The notes beneath the pieces are model-generated. The model was not told where the DNA came from and ran no database searches. It saw only the letters and a program-made list of their open reading frames with translations. Shown one piece after another: positions 34,712 through 36,450 of a stretch of DNA of 36,450 nt. The position numbers were made by a program, and so were the translations under genes. The DNA comes from a virus (lineage: Duplodnaviria > Caudoviricetes): IMG/VR virus record IMGVR_UViG_3300040985_000910, positions 1-36,450 of that record. One strand, 5' to 3'. The first letter of the stretch is position 1. Each line of letters opens with the position of its first letter.

Positions 34712-36066
34712 TGAAAACAGAAGAGTCTTTATTAGAAGCGCGAGACTTAGCAGAAACAGATCCAGATCAAGCCCTAAGAATTTGCAACGAAGTTTTAAAC
34801 GTAGAGCCAGAGAACGCTATCGCTCTATTCATTGCAGGGTTTGTGATGCTCAAGGCCGAGCGTACTGGTCTAGCCTATAACGTCTTTAAACGCGCAGTTG
34901 AATTCGAGCCTGACAAGGCACAAATCTGGAACAATCTAGGCATGTGCGTGGATGACTACGACCCGCCACTCTCGATCAAGTATTACGAGAAGGCGCTGGA
35001 GTTAGACCCGCGCGATGCTCATGCCATGGTCAACCAGGCTTGCTGCTATCTGAAGTCAGCCAGACCCGATAGCACGATTCATATGTGTAATCGAGCGCTC
35101 AAAGAGGCCCCTCATTTCAATGCTGCCCGCTACAACAGGGGATTAGCGCATCTATTCAAGCGTGAATGGAAGAAAGGATGGGAAGGATTCAGTTACGGAT
35201 TGGGCGAAAAGAACCGGATAAAGCGTGATTACGGTGTACCTGACTGGGATGGCAGGGCTGAAGGTACGGTTGTGGTCTACGCAGAGCAGGGCACCGGTGA
35301 CGAGATTATGTTTTGCTCCTGTATCCCTGACGTTCTGAAGACAAACAAGGTGGTAATTGATTGTGAGCCTCGATTAGCTGGTCTTTTCGGGCGTTCGTTC
35401 GATGTGCCGGCCTATGGGACACGGTTCCTGGATAAAACCCCACTGGTCGACGAACAGGAGATCCATTACCAAATAGCAATGGGTGAATTACCACGGTTAT
35501 ACCGTAATTCCGAGGCAGAATTTCCCGGGACTCCGTACCTGGTTGCGGATCCAGAGCGTGAGATTCAGTATAAAGCCCTGCTGGACTCGATGCCGGGCAA
35601 GAAGATAGGCGTTTCATGGACTGGCGGCATGAGATTTACCAGCAATCACAAGCGAACCTTTACCCCGCAGGACTATGAGCCATTCTTTGATGACGATGTG
35701 AGCCTTATATCGTTGGAATACAAGGCCCCCGAGATCGAAGGGCTACCCATTACCCATTGGGACAGGGCTGTATTGAAGGGCGTGGACTTTGACGAGACTG
35801 CGGCACTGGTCAGCCAACTGGATTATGTGATTACAGCCTGCTCCACGGTTGTATACATCGCTGGTGGCCTTGGTATCCCCTGCTACTGCCTTGTACCGCA
35901 TGAACCTATGTATCGCTATCACCTGAAGGGAAACTTCCCCTGGTACAGCTCTGTGAAGCTCGTAAGACAAGGAAACGGCGAGCCATTCAAAGAAATAGTT
36001 AAACGAGTCCACCGGATGATAGATAATGAAAGCGCCAGACACGACAATCTGTCAGCAGTCGAATAA
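34711..36066 (+). CDS. TPR-repeat protein with C-terminal GT-B (GT9-like) glycosyltransferase domain
   Basis: About 4-5 TPRs (WNNLG, YNRGL); EQGTGDEIMF, IGVSWTGG, DETAALVSQLD.VIT..STVV..AG.LG.P, FPWYSSV. Confidence 0.85.
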   Translation: MKTEESLLEARDLAETDPDQALRICNEVLNVEPENAIALFIAGFVMLKAERTGLAYNVFKRAVEFEPDKAQIWNNLGMCVDDYDPPLSIKYYEKALELDPRDAHAMVNQACCYLKSARPDSTIHMCNRALKEAPHFNAARYNRGLAHLFKREWKKGWEGFSYGLGEKNRIKRDYGVPDWDGRAEGTVVVYAEQGTGDEIMFCSCIPDVLKTNKVVIDCEPRLAGLFGRSFDVPAYGTRFLDKTPLVDEQEIHYQIAMGELPRLYRNSEAEFPGTPYLVADPEREIQYKALLDSMPGKKIGVSWTGGMRFTSNHKRTFTPQDYEPFFDDDVSLISLEYKAPEIEGLPITHWDRAVLKGVDFDETAALVSQLDYVITACSTVVYIAGGLGIPCYCLVPHEPMYRYHLKGNFPWYSSVKLVRQGNGEPFKEIVKRVHRMIDNESARHDNLSAVE

Positions 36067-36214
36067 GCGCCGCTATGATACGGAGCAGGATGCGCGGAAG
36101 GGGTTGCTTATTGCATGGCAGGATAGTGTTGAGGTAAGAAGTTTCTACGAGTGCAGGCATTGCTTGGGTTTGCACCTAACTAAACGACTCCCCGGAGGGA
36201 GCAACAGGATATGA
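36026..36214 (+). CDS. Small Zn-finger protein
   Basis: C....KRRY....A...YECRHC.G.HLT. Confidence 0.65.
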   Translation: MKAPDTTICQQSNKRRYDTEQDARKGLLIAWQDSVEVRSFYECRHCLGLHLTKRLPGGSNRI

Positions 36215-36218
36215 AAAT

Positions 36219-36450
36219 ATGAAGCAGTCAATTACTAAACGAATAGACGCGATTACTTATCTATCAGATGAATTTCTTGAGAATGCCATGCCGGTTATGG
36301 ATGCGCCCAAGTCAGTCAAAATTGAGTTGACGGCCCGGTGCAACTATCGGTGTAACTTCTGCTCGCTTGTGACGAGAGAGAAGCAACCAGGAAACCATGA
36401 GGATATGGACTTCGATCTATTCAAGCGTATTACGACAGAGATGATTGATG
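36219..36450 (+). CDS. Radical SAM protein, 5' part (continues at position 1)
   Basis: MKQSITKRIDAIT...PKSVKIELTARCNYRCNFCSLV; codon 45 at 36351 equals position 1. Confidence 0.9.
   Translation, partial: MKQSITKRIDAITYLSDEFLENAMPVMDAPKSVKIELTARCNYRCNFCSLVTREKQPGNHEDMDFDLFKRITTEMID
36351..36450. repeat. Terminal direct repeat, copy 2
   Basis: 99/100 identical to 1-100. Confidence 0.97.

Overview
The window looks like a complete circular genome (about 36.35 kb) of a tailed dsDNA phage with P22/Lederbergvirus-like podovirus architecture. Bases 1-100 repeat at 36351-36450, and a radical SAM gene runs across that join. The rightward late arm runs terS, terL, portal, scaffold, capsid, adaptor, head closure, ejection proteins and tailspike. 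A leftward early arm carries an SSB-like gene, a YqaJ exonuclease and small genes. A rightward arm covers replication, nin genes and lysis. I found no integrase or CI repressor. Five things stand out. (1) A TPR-glycosyltransferase + radical SAM/SPASM + cupin cassette sits inside the virion operon, a candidate virion glycosylation system. (2) A protein with a pre-toxin-like segment and two tandem ADP-ribosyltransferase-like domains lies between portal and scaffold. (3) A captured bacterial type I hsdM-hsdS pair, with only the tail of hsdR, is wedged between two paralogous small acidic genes. (4) A 26-nt templated insertion splits an ejection protein from its S74 chaperone domain at the S|D autocleavage motif. 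(5) Many deletion scars affect methyltransferases and other genes; they may be real decay or amplification/assembly chimeras. All family assignments come from motif recognition by eye, not database searches.
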